DNA of 64,000 bases from Limisphaerales bacterium. Its GTDB lineage: Bacteria > Verrucomicrobiota > Verrucomicrobiia > Limisphaerales > AAA164-E04. The position numbers were made by a program, and so were the translations under genes. Of this stretch, positions 1-9,883 are shown one piece after another. Position 1 is the first letter of the stretch; every line of letters begins with the position of its first letter. Under the pieces are notes generated by a model. It did not search any database, had not been told where the DNA came from, and was given only the letters and a program-made list of their open reading frames with translations. The stretch is taken from assembly GCA_965204945.1 (NCBI GenBank), contig OZ242022.1:3332152-3396151 (forward strand), in the 5' to 3' direction.

Positions 1-615
1 TTGCAAAAGGCGTTGCAACTCGCCGAGGTGCTCTACTATCAGATCGGGCTCTTGTTCTTGAAGTTGGCCGAAGGTGTTGAAACCGGTCAAAACGCCGCAG
101 GAGCGAACGGCGTGGCGTTTGGCCGCTTCGACGTCGTGTTGCATGTCCCCGATGAAGAGTGTTTCTGAGGGATTCAATCCGTGCGTTTCAAGAACTTCTT
201 CCAGTTTATTCCGTTTGTCCCGAACGCCGACGTAGGCTTCTTGAAAATAATCGCCAAAGCGCGTGATTTTGAGATGCTGCGCAAAATGATCCTTGTGAAT
301 GGAGCTGAGAACGAACATTAAAATTCCCCGCTGACGGCAGAACTCCAAAAACTTCAGCGAATGCGAAAACGGTTTGACGGAATCCATTTCCTGATGAAAG
401 GCTTCCAAAAACCATGTTTCGAGCTGCGCTTCGGAAACGTGGGGAATGTAGCGCTCGTAAAACGGACGGAAGGGCAATGCAAACTCCCGGCGAAACGTCT
501 CCAGAGAAAGCGGATGAATTTCCGCCTTTTTAAAAGTTTTGTTGGTGGCTTTCCAAACGGCCTCTAAATCGTCCACCAGCGTGCCGCACCAATCCAAAAT
601 GACGTTTCGAATCAC
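1..615 (-). CDS. HAD-family hydrolase (phosphoglycolate phosphatase-like), runs off the window start
   Basis: Translated by hand from GTG at 615: VIRNVILDWCGTLVDD (HAD motif I) and FIGDMQHDVEAA (motif IV). Absent from the ORF track because it is truncated. Confidence 0.85.
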   Translation of the reverse strand, partial: MIRNVILDWCGTLVDDLEAVWKATNKTFKKAEIHPLSLETFRREFALPFRPFYERYIPHVSEAQLETWFLEAFHQEMDSVKPFSHSLKFLEFCRQRGILMFVLSSIHKDHFAQHLKITRFGDYFQEAYVGVRDKRNKLEEVLETHGLNPSETLFIGDMQHDVEAAKRHAVRSCGVLTGFNTFGQLQEQEPDLIVEHLGELQRLLQ

Positions 616-740
616 GCGCTTCAGTCTATGCGTTTCCTCCATTCGATGCAATGAAGGCCGCGGGAAAAACTTACTCGGCAAGCGTTGATGACAAAAATTC
701 TCAAGTTGCATTGACGGCGGAATCTGTTATTTTTCCAGTC

Positions 741-2132
741 ATGTTGACTCATAAATTTCCCAAGTTTGCATTCGCGCTTTTTCTTTGTTTGGCTGCCGCA
801 GTCGCTTCGGCGCAGGCAAAAGACCGACCTCCCAACTTTGTCGTGATCTTCCTCGACGATTCAGGGTGGAGCGATTTTGAACCCTTCGGACGGCCAAACT
901 ATCCGACTCCGAACGTCGACCGGTTGGCCGGCGATGGATGCCGCTACCTAAACTTCTACGTGCCTCAGGCAGTATGCTCGGCTTCCCGCGCGGCGCTGAT
1001 GACCGGCTGTTATCCCGGCCGAACAAAGGTATTCGGCGCGCATCCGCCAAACGCAAAAGGCTTGGACCCAAAATACGCCACCATTGCCGAAGTGTTGAAG
1101 CCCCGCGGCTATCGAACGGCCGTATTCGGCAAGTGGCACTTGGGAGACCGCCCCGAAACCCGGCCTCACGCAAGAGGCTTCGACGAATCCGCCGGGCTTA
1201 TGTATTCCAACGACATGTGGGAGTTTCATCCGGGCAATCCAAAATACTGGGGCAAGTTTCCCCTTCAATATTGGGAAAACGGGAAGGTAACCATAAAACG
1301 AGTGACCAAAGAGCACCAAACCCACTTGACAACTTGGTACACCGAAAAAGCGGTGGACTTCATCCGGCGTCAAAGCGACGCGCCGTTTTTTCTTTATGTG
1401 CCGCATTCCATGCCGCACGTGCCTCTCTTTTGCAGCGACAAGTTCCGGGGCCAATCCTCCGCCGGGCTTTACGGCGACGTGATGATGGAACTGGACTGGT
1501 CGGTCGGGCAAATCGTCCAAGCGCTGGAGGACGCGGGCGCCTCGCAAAACACGCTGATTTTGTTCACTTCAGACAACGGCCCTTGGATTTCCTACGGCAA
1601 CCGGGCCGGCAAAACCCCGTATCGAGAAGCGAAGGGAACTTCGTTTGACGGCGGCATACGGAGCGCCTGCATCATCAAATATCCTCCGGCCATTCCGGCG
1701 GGCGCCGTCTCCTCGAATGCCTTTTGCTCTCTGGACGTTTTGCCCACGTTGGCGTCCTTGGCCGGCGCGGATTTGCCAAACAATCCAGTGGACGGAAAGA
1801 ACGTTTGGAACTGGATTCTCGGCCGACCCGGCGCGCAAAATCCGAACGCCTATTACCCTTTTTCCAACGGTTCGGAGTTTCAAGGAGTACTGAGCGGCGA
1901 CGGAAAATGGAAACTGCATTTGCCTCACAACTACCGCACGCTCGTCCAACCGGGAAAGGACGGAATGCCCGGCAAATATCGCCAAGCCCAAATTGGTTTG
2001 TCCCTCTTTGATATGACGGCCGACCCCGGCGAAAAAACCAACGCCCTCGCGGAACATCCCGACATCGCCGAGCGGCTTCAAAAATTGGCGCAGAATCATC
2101 AACGACGATTCTATCCGAAACAAAAACCGTAA
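741..2132 (+). CDS. Secreted formylglycine-dependent sulfatase
   Basis: Signal peptide; PPNFVVIFLDD, CSASRAALMTG (CxxxR), GKWHLG, SDNGP. Confidence 0.92.
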   Translation: MLTHKFPKFAFALFLCLAAAVASAQAKDRPPNFVVIFLDDSGWSDFEPFGRPNYPTPNVDRLAGDGCRYLNFYVPQAVCSASRAALMTGCYPGRTKVFGAHPPNAKGLDPKYATIAEVLKPRGYRTAVFGKWHLGDRPETRPHARGFDESAGLMYSNDMWEFHPGNPKYWGKFPLQYWENGKVTIKRVTKEHQTHLTTWYTEKAVDFIRRQSDAPFFLYVPHSMPHVPLFCSDKFRGQSSAGLYGDVMMELDWSVGQIVQALEDAGASQNTLILFTSDNGPWISYGNRAGKTPYREAKGTSFDGGIRSACIIKYPPAIPAGAVSSNAFCSLDVLPTLASLAGADLPNNPVDGKNVWNWILGRPGAQNPNAYYPFSNGSEFQGVLSGDGKWKLHLPHNYRTLVQPGKDGMPGKYRQAQIGLSLFDMTADPGEKTNALAEHPDIAERLQKLAQNHQRRFYPKQKP

Positions 2133-2135
2133 GAT

Positions 2136-2810
2136 TTACTCGTCCAATCCATTCAGCAAGCGGCGATGGATTTCTCGGATTTTTTGGACGTAAGCAGAGG
2201 CGTTTTGCCGCAACCCCGACCAATCTTCGCGCTCAAGAATTTCCTTGGTAATCATGGAAGACCCCACGCCCAAGGCGGCGCATCCCGCTTTTAGAAAACT
2301 TTCCATCGTCTCCAAACAGACGCCTCCGGTTGGGATAATTCTGAGATGAGGCAGCGGAGCGCGAATGGACCGAATGTATCCGGCGCCCAGCCCGTCGGCG
2401 GGGAATATCTTGACAAAGTCGCCTCCCGCGTCAAAAGCCGCTTGCGCTTCCGACGGCGAATAAGCGCCCAACAAAATTGGTTTGCCGGCGGCGTGCGCCG
2501 CATCCACTATTTGCGGTTTTAGAACCGGCGTCGCCACAAACTGCGCCCCCGCCCGAATCGCCGACCGAGCGGTCGGAACATCCAACACCGTGCCTACGCC
2601 CACCATCGCGCGCGATCCCAGCAATTCAGCGGTTTCCCGAATGGCCTCTAAAGCGTTGGGCGTCGTCATTGTAATCTCCACCGCAACAACGCCCCCGTCC
2701 GCCAACGCCTTTGCCAACGGCGCGGTTTGCGACTGCGAACGCGCCCGCACCACGGCGATGATTCCCGGTTCTACCAGTTTTCCAACGATTTCTTCTTTGG
2801 ACAACGCCAT
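2136..2810 (-). CDS. eda: KDPG/KHG aldolase
   Basis: IIAVVR, VEITMTTP, GVGTVL, VKIFPA, IPTGGV motifs; 224 aa. Confidence 0.9.
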   Translation of the reverse strand: MALSKEEIVGKLVEPGIIAVVRARSQSQTAPLAKALADGGVVAVEITMTTPNALEAIRETAELLGSRAMVGVGTVLDVPTARSAIRAGAQFVATPVLKPQIVDAAHAAGKPILLGAYSPSEAQAAFDAGGDFVKIFPADGLGAGYIRSIRAPLPHLRIIPTGGVCLETMESFLKAGCAALGVGSSMITKEILEREDWSGLRQNASAYVQKIREIHRRLLNGLDE

Positions 2811-2816
2811 AAAAAA

Positions 2817-3743
2817 TCAAGGAGAAATTTGCGTCGGCGTTGGACGCGCGGATTTTGCTTTTCTTGGCTTGGCAAGCACGACGTGGACGCCGGCGTTTTG
2901 GAGTTGTTTCAGGAGGCTTGAGGAAACGCCGGTGTCGGTGACGACTGAATCCATTGCGGACAGATCGCAAAGGCGGGAAAGAGAGAGTCGCCCGAACTTG
3001 GTATTATCCAAGCAGAAGATCACTTTCTCAGCGGCGCGAATCATAGCGCGTTGGATGTCGATCAGCAGGCCGTGCGAATTGGTGACGCCGTCCATAGTAA
3101 TGCCTCCGGCGCCCATAACGGCGACGTCGACGTGCATTTCGGAAAAGGTTTTGATGGCCAAAGGCCCGACGAGAACGCCCAGAGGCGGATAGATCACGCC
3201 GCCGGAAACTAAGACTTCGACATCGGAAGCGCTCGTGGTGTAACAGTTGGCGACCGGCAAGGAGTTGGTAATAATTTGAGGCGTTTTTGATTTGAGAGCG
3301 CGAGCGACGTGGTAGGTCGTCGTTCCGGCGTCGATGATGACGCTTTGGTTGAGATCGATGAGATCGGCGCAGGCCTTGCCAATGGCTTTCTTTTCCCTGT
3401 GTTGATAAATGTTGCGGGAGGCGAAGGCAAGATCGTCAATCTTCGGCAACTTCGGCTTTTTCTTCTTGCCGTAAAGAGCCTTCTCGCCCTCTTGGATTAT
3501 GACGTTGAGAGCCGCTTGATCATCGAGCTGCGAATCCGGCATCTGAGCGCCTCCGTGAGTGCGTTTCACGATTCCCTCCTCCGCCATGAAGTCGAGATCC
3601 CGCCGGACGGTCGAAAGAGAAATGCCAACTACCTTGGCGACGTCTTCCAGAGAAGCGATACCCTTTCTTCGCAAATATCTTTCAATACGCAAGCGCCGCT
3701 TCTTAATTTGTCTGGCGCTTTTTTTCAAAACTTTCCGTTTCAT
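2817..3743 (-). CDS. DeoR/GlpR-family regulator (PvmR-like), divergent from the BMC operon
   Basis: HTH SLSTVRRDL...RTHGGA; sensor domain IDAGTT, ITNSL. Confidence 0.9.
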   Translation of the reverse strand: MKRKVLKKSARQIKKRRLRIERYLRRKGIASLEDVAKVVGISLSTVRRDLDFMAEEGIVKRTHGGAQMPDSQLDDQAALNVIIQEGEKALYGKKKKPKLPKIDDLAFASRNIYQHREKKAIGKACADLIDLNQSVIIDAGTTTYHVARALKSKTPQIITNSLPVANCYTTSASDVEVLVSGGVIYPPLGVLVGPLAIKTFSEMHVDVAVMGAGGITMDGVTNSHGLLIDIQRAMIRAAEKVIFCLDNTKFGRLSLSRLCDLSAMDSVVTDTGVSSSLLKQLQNAGVHVVLAKPRKAKSARPTPTQISP

Positions 3744-3847
3744 TGCCAAATCCGTTCGCATTAATAATTGATTTGGAAGGATGATGAAAGAAAAATTTGA
3801 CAAGTGGCGGCGATTTGCGCAATTTTAAGCGCGAGGGATTTTTGCGG

Positions 3848-4519
3848 ATGGCGAAGAAAGCGACACATCGAGCTTTGGTGGAACATCTGGTTCGGCAGGC
3901 GGTTTACGCCCGGATGGCGGTGACGGCGCCCCGTGCGGCAAAGGCGCCCAATCCGCTCGTCGTCAACGTAAGCGCTCGGCACTGCCATCTTACATCAGGA
4001 GCCGTGGAGTCCCTGTTTGGCAAGGGACATCGCTTGCAGCCGCTCAAATGGTTGTATCAAGAAGGACAGTTTGCGGCCAAAGAGACGGTGACGCTGATCG
4101 GGCCGCGAAGCCGAGTCATTTCCAATCTTCGAATTCTGGGGCCTTGCCGGACGGCGAATCAAGTGGAATTGGCCTACACAGATGCGATTGCGCTTGGATT
4201 TGAGATTCCCCTGCGTTGCTCCGGCCAAATAGAAGGAACGCCGGGAGCCATGTTGATGGGGCCGGCCGGCTTTTTCAAAATGGAGCGGGGAGTCATTCGG
4301 GCTTTGCGGCACGTTCACATGGGACCGGAGGACGCGGACTTTTACAAAACCGGCGCGGGAAGGGAAGTGCGCTTGCGCATCGGCGGCCCTTGCGGATTGA
4401 CTTTGGAAAAAATGCTCGTTCGAGTGGACCCGAATTCCAAATTGGAAGTGCACGTGGATACGGACGAAGGGAACGCCTGCCATCTGCAGCCGGATAGTTT
4501 TTGCGAAATCCTTGCTTGA
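3848..4519 (+). CDS. pduL: Phosphate propanoyltransferase with N-terminal encapsulation peptide
   Basis: VSARHCHL, GQFAAKETV, RHVHM, HVDTDEGNA; amphipathic RALVEHLVRQAV at the N-terminus. Confidence 0.92.
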   Translation: MAKKATHRALVEHLVRQAVYARMAVTAPRAAKAPNPLVVNVSARHCHLTSGAVESLFGKGHRLQPLKWLYQEGQFAAKETVTLIGPRSRVISNLRILGPCRTANQVELAYTDAIALGFEIPLRCSGQIEGTPGAMLMGPAGFFKMERGVIRALRHVHMGPEDADFYKTGAGREVRLRIGGPCGLTLEKMLVRVDPNSKLEVHVDTDEGNACHLQPDSFCEILA

Positions 4520-4592
4520 TTTTGGAATGGAAGAATGCCAATCTTTGCAAAATTTTGGAACGAAAAAACAACGAATTAGCAAAACAAAACTT

Positions 4593-4898
4593 ATGAGTGA
4601 AGCGCTTGGAATGATCGAAACTAAAGGCTACGTCGGCGCCGTGGAGGCCAGCGACGCGATGGTCAAAGCCGCGAACGTGCGTCTCGTCAAATCCATCCCC
4701 ATTGGGGGCGGATTCATCACCGTGCTGGCAAGAGGCGACGTCGGCAGTGTGAAGGCGGCCGTCGACGCCGGCGCCAACGCCGCAAGCCGAGTGGGAGAGC
4801 TGGTCAGCTCGCACATTTTGGCCCGGCCTCACGGAGACCTATTGAAACGATTTGTGGACGCCGCCCAACCACCCAAAACATCGGCCGGCCGGTCGTAA
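4593..4898 (+). CDS. BMC-H shell hexamer protein
   Basis: ALGMIETKG...DAMVKAANV...RGDVGSVKAA...HILARPH. Confidence 0.93.
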   Translation: MSEALGMIETKGYVGAVEASDAMVKAANVRLVKSIPIGGGFITVLARGDVGSVKAAVDAGANAASRVGELVSSHILARPHGDLLKRFVDAAQPPKTSAGRS

Positions 4899-4954
4899 AA
4901 ACGTTGTGTTTTATTTGGAGACTTCTTGCGTCCCGAGAACGAACCAATCTAGTC

Positions 4955-5761
4955 ATGCTCGGCAGAAATCAAATCTACTGCGGCGACGTCCTCGATCTTA
5001 TAAGAAAGGTCGAGGATGAGTCGGTGGATATGATTGTGTGCGACGGCCCATATGGAGTGACGCAAAATGACTGGGATCGGATACTGTCGATTCAAGAATT
5101 CAACCTTGATCTGATCCAACGTTTTTCCATGAAACTAAAAGATGGCGGCGCGTTATACCTTTTTGGCAAACCCAATTGTATTGACTTTATCGACTACCGC
5201 CCTTTCTTAAATCTTAAGTCAAAAATTGTTTGGTATCAGCCCAGCCGTTTAGCGCAGGGAAGGTTAAGTTATACAAACAACTATGACATCATTGCCTACT
5301 TCATCAAAGGCAGAAAGCCCCGTTGCTATAATCTGGATGAAATTCGCGTGCCTCAGATGGTGGAACTAGAGCATCGAACTCGTTGCGAAAAAGTTCCTTC
5401 GGTAAAGAATGGCCGATACGGGAAGACAAAATTCAATAAGAAGGGAAAAAATCCCGGGGATGTTTGGGGGGATATCAAACAGCTTACTTACAAGTCGAAG
5501 GAGCTGATTTCTAGGGATGCGCTTCATACCATTCAAAAACCGGAGAAGTTAATCGAAAGGCTTGTTCTTGCGAGCTCGTTGGAAGGCGACTTGGTTTTAG
5601 ATCCGTTTGCCGGAGTCGGCACCTGTCCCGCAGTGTGCAAAAAGAACAAGCGGGACTACTTAGCTTTTGAACTCTGTCCGGAATTCGTCGAAGAGGCTGA
5701 GACCCGATTGGCTTCTATGGACGGGGATTCCACTGTGAGTGGGATTTTCCATGGCTCGTGA
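4955..5761 (+). CDS. Beta-class N4/N6 DNA methyltransferase
   Basis: Motif IV variant CDGPY ahead of HTIQKPEKLIERL and motif I LDPFAGVGT; lower GC than the flanks. Confidence 0.9.
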   Translation: MLGRNQIYCGDVLDLIRKVEDESVDMIVCDGPYGVTQNDWDRILSIQEFNLDLIQRFSMKLKDGGALYLFGKPNCIDFIDYRPFLNLKSKIVWYQPSRLAQGRLSYTNNYDIIAYFIKGRKPRCYNLDEIRVPQMVELEHRTRCEKVPSVKNGRYGKTKFNKKGKNPGDVWGDIKQLTYKSKELISRDALHTIQKPEKLIERLVLASSLEGDLVLDPFAGVGTCPAVCKKNKRDYLAFELCPEFVEEAETRLASMDGDSTVSGIFHGS

Positions 5762-6248
5762 AATATACCGAAAAATAATTGACTTGGTTGTGAAAGCGGC
5801 AGAAATGGCGAGAACGCTTGGCATCCATAATCTTTTGCAACCCGGCCTTGTCAAAGAGATGATGATTGCAGATATTCTTGGGCATGAACTGATTACCGCG
5901 AAACGCGGCGCGGATGCTAGAAACCCAGAAAATCCTTCGCGAGTCTATGAATATTTGTCCTGCAAAGAAGGGGGTTCCGGGCAACTCGACAGAATGTTCA
6001 AGAGGCCGGATAAGAAAAGACAAGAGTCGCTGAATCGGATTCGACGAAACGACCAAATTTACTATGCCGTGTTTTACAAACACAATCAGATGAAGGTGAA
6101 AGTTATCTACGAATTAGATCCCAAAATAGTTGTTCAGGAGACAGATCGTCAGTTGGATAGAAGCGGGAACGAAATTTCGCATGTTGGGTTTTCTGAGCGA
6201 TGGGTTTGTGAAAACGGCAAGATTGTATACGAAGATAAGAAAGGTTAA
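5751..6248 (+). CDS. PvuII-like type II restriction endonuclease
   Basis: 165 aa overlapping the MTase end. GIHNLLQ, RGADA...YEYLS and C-terminal WVCENGKIVY parallel R.PvuII as recalled (GINDIFQ, GNDA...YELKS, VMEHGTKIY). Confidence 0.7.
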   Translation: MAREIYRKIIDLVVKAAEMARTLGIHNLLQPGLVKEMMIADILGHELITAKRGADARNPENPSRVYEYLSCKEGGSGQLDRMFKRPDKKRQESLNRIRRNDQIYYAVFYKHNQMKVKVIYELDPKIVVQETDRQLDRSGNEISHVGFSERWVCENGKIVYEDKKG

Positions 6249-6251
6249 TTT

Positions 6252-6530
6252 ATGGCACAACAAGCATTGGGAATGATTGAAACGCGCGGGCTGTGCGCGT
6301 TGTTGGAGGCTTGCGACGCGGCGTTGAAGGCGGCCGACGTCACAATGAGCGGTTGGGAAAAGGTGGGCAGTGGTTTTGTCACCGGCTTTTTCAGAGGCGA
6401 TGTGGCGGCCGTGAAGGTGGCCACGGATGCCGGGGCGGCTTCCGCAGCGCAGGTGGGCGAAGTGGTGAGCGTGCAGGTGATTCCTCGTCCGCATGAAGAA
6501 CTTGGCGGGCTGGGCGAATGGTTGAAATAG
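6252..6530 (+). CDS. BMC-H shell hexamer protein
   Basis: ALGMIETRG...DAALKAADV...RGDVAAVK...VIPRPH. Confidence 0.93.
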   Translation: MAQQALGMIETRGLCALLEACDAALKAADVTMSGWEKVGSGFVTGFFRGDVAAVKVATDAGAASAAQVGEVVSVQVIPRPHEELGGLGEWLK

Positions 6531-6560
6531 GCGCGCGGGAATTGGCGAAAAAAGAGAGGC

Positions 6561-7754
6561 ATGAAAATCTTGGTCGTCAACTTGGGGTCGACTTCCCTGA
6601 AGTATCGGCTTTTTGATTTTGCGGGAGAAGGGGAGATGATCGCCGAGGGCGGCTTTGAGCGGGTGGAAAATTTCCGCAAGACGGTGGATGCCTGTCTGGA
6701 AGATTTGAAGCGAGATGGGCGCGTCGAGTCCTTTGACGATCTTGCGGCGGTTGGTTTCAAGACGGTTTTGGCCGAGGGCGTGAGCGGGTGCGCGCGTCTG
6801 GATGAGTCGGTTTTGAAGGCGATGGAAGCGGGAAATTCGGCGGCGCCGGCGCATAATCCGGCGTATCTTGCCGGCATTCGCGTCTTTTCGGAGCGGCTGC
6901 CAAGAACGCCGTTGGTCGCTTTGTTTGAGACTGCATTTTACCAATGGATTCCGGAGACCGCCAAATGCTATGCGGTTCCGGCTTCGTGGAGAGAGCGCGG
7001 CGTGCGCCGTTGGGGATTTCACGGCGCCAGTCACAAGTTTGTCGCGGAGCGGTCGGCGGAGATTCTGGGACGCGGCGATGTGGCAGAGCGGGCGCGGCGC
7101 CTATACGCCGATGAAGGAAGAACGCCGATCCGCCAACCCAGCCTGCGGGTGATTTCCTGTCATTTAGGAGGCAGTTCGTCGGTAACGGGCATTCGAGACG
7201 GCGTGGCGATTGGGAACAGCATGGGTTACAGTCCGCAGTCGGGTCTGCCCCAGAACAACCGCGTCGGGGACGTCGATGCGTTTGCCGTTTTGCACGTTAT
7301 GAGGCAAGCCGGATTGACGGTGGAAGAGGCCGAGAGGCAACTCTGCGCGGACGCCGGTTTGAAGGGATTGTCCGGCGGCCAAAGCGATATTCGGGACATT
7401 CAGGCGCAGGCCGAGGCCGGAAGAAAATCCGCGCAATTCGCGCTCGATTTTTTGGTGTATGAAACCCGGCGTTGGATGGGTTCTTACTACTTGTTATTGA
7501 ACGGAGCGGACGCCTTGGCCTTCACGGGAGGCATTGGGGAAAACCGCGCCGAGATTCGAGAGGGCGTTTGCGCCGGCCTGGATCAATTAGGAATTCGGTT
7601 GGACGCGGAAAAAAACCGGTCCATTGAAGGCGTTGAGGGGGAGATTAGCGCGCCGGATTCGAAGACGAAGATATTTGTTATCCCCGCCAATGAAGAATGG
7701 ATAGTGGCGCGGGAAGTGAAGCGATTTTTGGAAAACAACGAACCTTGCAGTTGA
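6561..7754 (+). CDS. ackA: Acetate/propionate kinase
   Basis: ILVVNLGSTSLKY, APAHNP, WGFHGASH, CHLGGSSS, FTGGIGEN, IPANEE. Confidence 0.92.
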   Translation: MKILVVNLGSTSLKYRLFDFAGEGEMIAEGGFERVENFRKTVDACLEDLKRDGRVESFDDLAAVGFKTVLAEGVSGCARLDESVLKAMEAGNSAAPAHNPAYLAGIRVFSERLPRTPLVALFETAFYQWIPETAKCYAVPASWRERGVRRWGFHGASHKFVAERSAEILGRGDVAERARRLYADEGRTPIRQPSLRVISCHLGGSSSVTGIRDGVAIGNSMGYSPQSGLPQNNRVGDVDAFAVLHVMRQAGLTVEEAERQLCADAGLKGLSGGQSDIRDIQAQAEAGRKSAQFALDFLVYETRRWMGSYYLLLNGADALAFTGGIGENRAEIREGVCAGLDQLGIRLDAEKNRSIEGVEGEISAPDSKTKIFVIPANEEWIVAREVKRFLENNEPCS

Positions 7755-7762
7755 GAAGCAAT

Positions 7763-8047
7763 ATGGCAAATCAAGCAGTTGGAATGATGGAAACGCGCGG
7801 ATTGACCGCGTTGGTGGAAGGCACGGACGCTATGTTGAAAGCGGCCAACGTGAAGCTGGCGGGCCCGATGGAAAAAGTCGGCAGCGCCTTAGTCACTTCG
7901 GTGGTCGTGGGAGACGTAGCGGCGGTAAAGGCGGCCACGGAGGCCGGCGCCGAAGCGATCAAGGCAATCGGCGGCGAATTGGTGAGCGTTCACGTCATCG
8001 CTCGGCCTCATGCGGACACAGACGCGGTGCTTCCCCGCCGAAAGTAA
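7763..8047 (+). CDS. BMC-H shell hexamer protein
   Basis: AVGMMETRG...DAMLKAANV...GDVAAVKAA...HVIARPH. Confidence 0.92.
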   Translation: MANQAVGMMETRGLTALVEGTDAMLKAANVKLAGPMEKVGSALVTSVVVGDVAAVKAATEAGAEAIKAIGGELVSVHVIARPHADTDAVLPRRK

Positions 8048-8053
8048 GCCGTT

Positions 8054-8365
8054 ATGTTCTTGGCCCGAGTGGAAGGAGCGGTCGTTTCGACCAAGAAGGA
8101 TCCGTCGATGAACGGACGCAAGCTGCTGTTGTTGCGTCCCCAATTGGTCGATAACCAGAACCCCGATCAACTTCGACCGGGGAAGAACACCATTGTGGCC
8201 GTCGACAGCGTTGGCGCCGGAGAAGGAGAAATGGTGTTGTTTTGCCAAGGCAGCAGCGCGCGCTTGGCGCCCAATATGAAGTCCGCGCCGGTGGACGCCG
8301 TCATCATTGGAATCGTCGACACGGTGGATGTATTCGGGAAACAAGTTTTCCATTCCAGACAATAG
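8054..8365 (+). CDS. BMC-P vertex pentamer (EutN/CcmL family)
   Basis: MFLARVEGAVVSTKK...VAVDSVGAGEGE...GSSAR...DAVIIGIVD. Confidence 0.93.
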   Translation: MFLARVEGAVVSTKKDPSMNGRKLLLLRPQLVDNQNPDQLRPGKNTIVAVDSVGAGEGEMVLFCQGSSARLAPNMKSAPVDAVIIGIVDTVDVFGKQVFHSRQ

Positions 8366-8419
8366 CAAAAATCGCCGGCCCGCATTTCCAGTCGGCCAAA
8401 AAAGAGAGGAAAATTGTAA

Positions 8420-9883
8420 ATGTCGGACGCATTGAATGAATCGTTGATACGCGAGGTTGTGGCGGAAGTGATGCAACGTTTGGAAGGCCAACCCAACGAC
8501 TCTTCTGGAGGCCGTCCGCGCAATAGCCTTGCGCCGTTGCCAAACCGCGGCGCCGACGGCGTATTTGCCGCCGCTTCCGAAGCCTGCGAAGCGGCTCATG
8601 CTGCCTATTTGGATTTGCAAAAAAAAGGAATCCAAGCTCGCCGCAAAATTGAGGAAATTGTCAAAACCCTGTGCGCGGACAATGGGGATTCTTGGGGGCG
8701 TCTTGAGTTGGAAGAAACCAAGATTGGCCGGTTGGATCACAAAATTGAAAAGCTTCAAATCATCCGGTTGGTGCCGGGCGTTGAATGGTTGCGTCCCTCC
8801 GGGCGAAGCGGCGACCACGGCCTCACAATGGAAGAATACGCGCCCTTCGGCGTCGTGGGCGCCGTTACGCCTTCCACCCATTCCATCCCCACTTTGGCGG
8901 GCAACGTGATCAACATCGTAGGCGCGGGCAACGCCGTCGTCTTCAATGCTCATCCCGCCGCTTCTCGTTGCGCGGCGACGGCGGTGCGGGCTTTCAATCA
9001 AGCAATCGAGCGGGAGACCGGCATCCGCAATCTCATCTGCATTATAGAAGAGCCTACTTTGGATTCTTTTCAAGAAATGTGCGCCCACGAAGCAGTTCGG
9101 CTCTTGTGCGTGACAGGGGGGCCGGGAGTGGTCAAGGCGGCCATGCAGACGGGCAAGCGCGCCGTTTGCGCCGGGCCGGGAAACCCTCCCGTTTTGGTGG
9201 ACGAAAGCGCCTGCATGAAACGGGCGGCGGAAGCGGTGATTCAAGGCGCCGCTTACGACAACAACCTGCTTTGCATTGGCGAAAAGGAAGTCTTCGTGCT
9301 GGACAAAGTAGCTGACTCCTTCATGGATGCCCTCGAAAAAGCCGGCGCCTGCCGCCTGCACGACCCGCAAGTGGAACGATTGACCCAAGCCGCCTTCTCT
9401 TTTCAAAACGGAAAGGAAACCGGAGAGCCGGAGCCGTCCGTGAACAAAAACCTGATTGGGAAAGACGCCGCAGTGCTGGCCAAAGCGGCCGGAGTTCGTC
9501 TCTCGGCCGGAACGCAACTGCTCTTCGCCGAAACCCCCGCCGCGCATCCCTTTGTTAGGGAAGAGCAGATGATGCCGTTCTTGCCCGTCGTGCGCGTCCC
9601 CGGCGTGGAGGAGGGAATCGAAGCAAGCAAGGCGGCGGAGCGTCAATACAAGCATACTTCCATGATTCATTCGCAGAACGTGAATCACATGACGGCCATG
9701 GCGCGCGCCTTGGATACAACCTTGTTCATCAAAAACGGACCCTGCATGGCGGGGTTGGGTTTGGGCGGAGAAGGATATCTGAGCTATTCCATTGCCACCC
9801 CGACCGGCGAAGGCGTCACCAATCCGCAAACCTTCGCCCGCGTGCGCCGCTGCGTCATGGTCGACAACCTGAGGATTTATTGA
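8420..9883 (+). CDS. Acylating aldehyde dehydrogenase (EutE/PduP family) with N-terminal encapsulation peptide
   Basis: LNESLIREVVAEVMQRL peptide; VTGGPGVV, GPGNPP, DNNLLCIGEKE, EEQMMP, IATPTGEG. Confidence 0.93.
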   Translation: MSDALNESLIREVVAEVMQRLEGQPNDSSGGRPRNSLAPLPNRGADGVFAAASEACEAAHAAYLDLQKKGIQARRKIEEIVKTLCADNGDSWGRLELEETKIGRLDHKIEKLQIIRLVPGVEWLRPSGRSGDHGLTMEEYAPFGVVGAVTPSTHSIPTLAGNVINIVGAGNAVVFNAHPAASRCAATAVRAFNQAIERETGIRNLICIIEEPTLDSFQEMCAHEAVRLLCVTGGPGVVKAAMQTGKRAVCAGPGNPPVLVDESACMKRAAEAVIQGAAYDNNLLCIGEKEVFVLDKVADSFMDALEKAGACRLHDPQVERLTQAAFSFQNGKETGEPEPSVNKNLIGKDAAVLAKAAGVRLSAGTQLLFAETPAAHPFVREEQMMPFLPVVRVPGVEEGIEASKAAERQYKHTSMIHSQNVNHMTAMARALDTTLFIKNGPCMAGLGLGGEGYLSYSIATPTGEGVTNPQTFARVRRCVMVDNLRIY

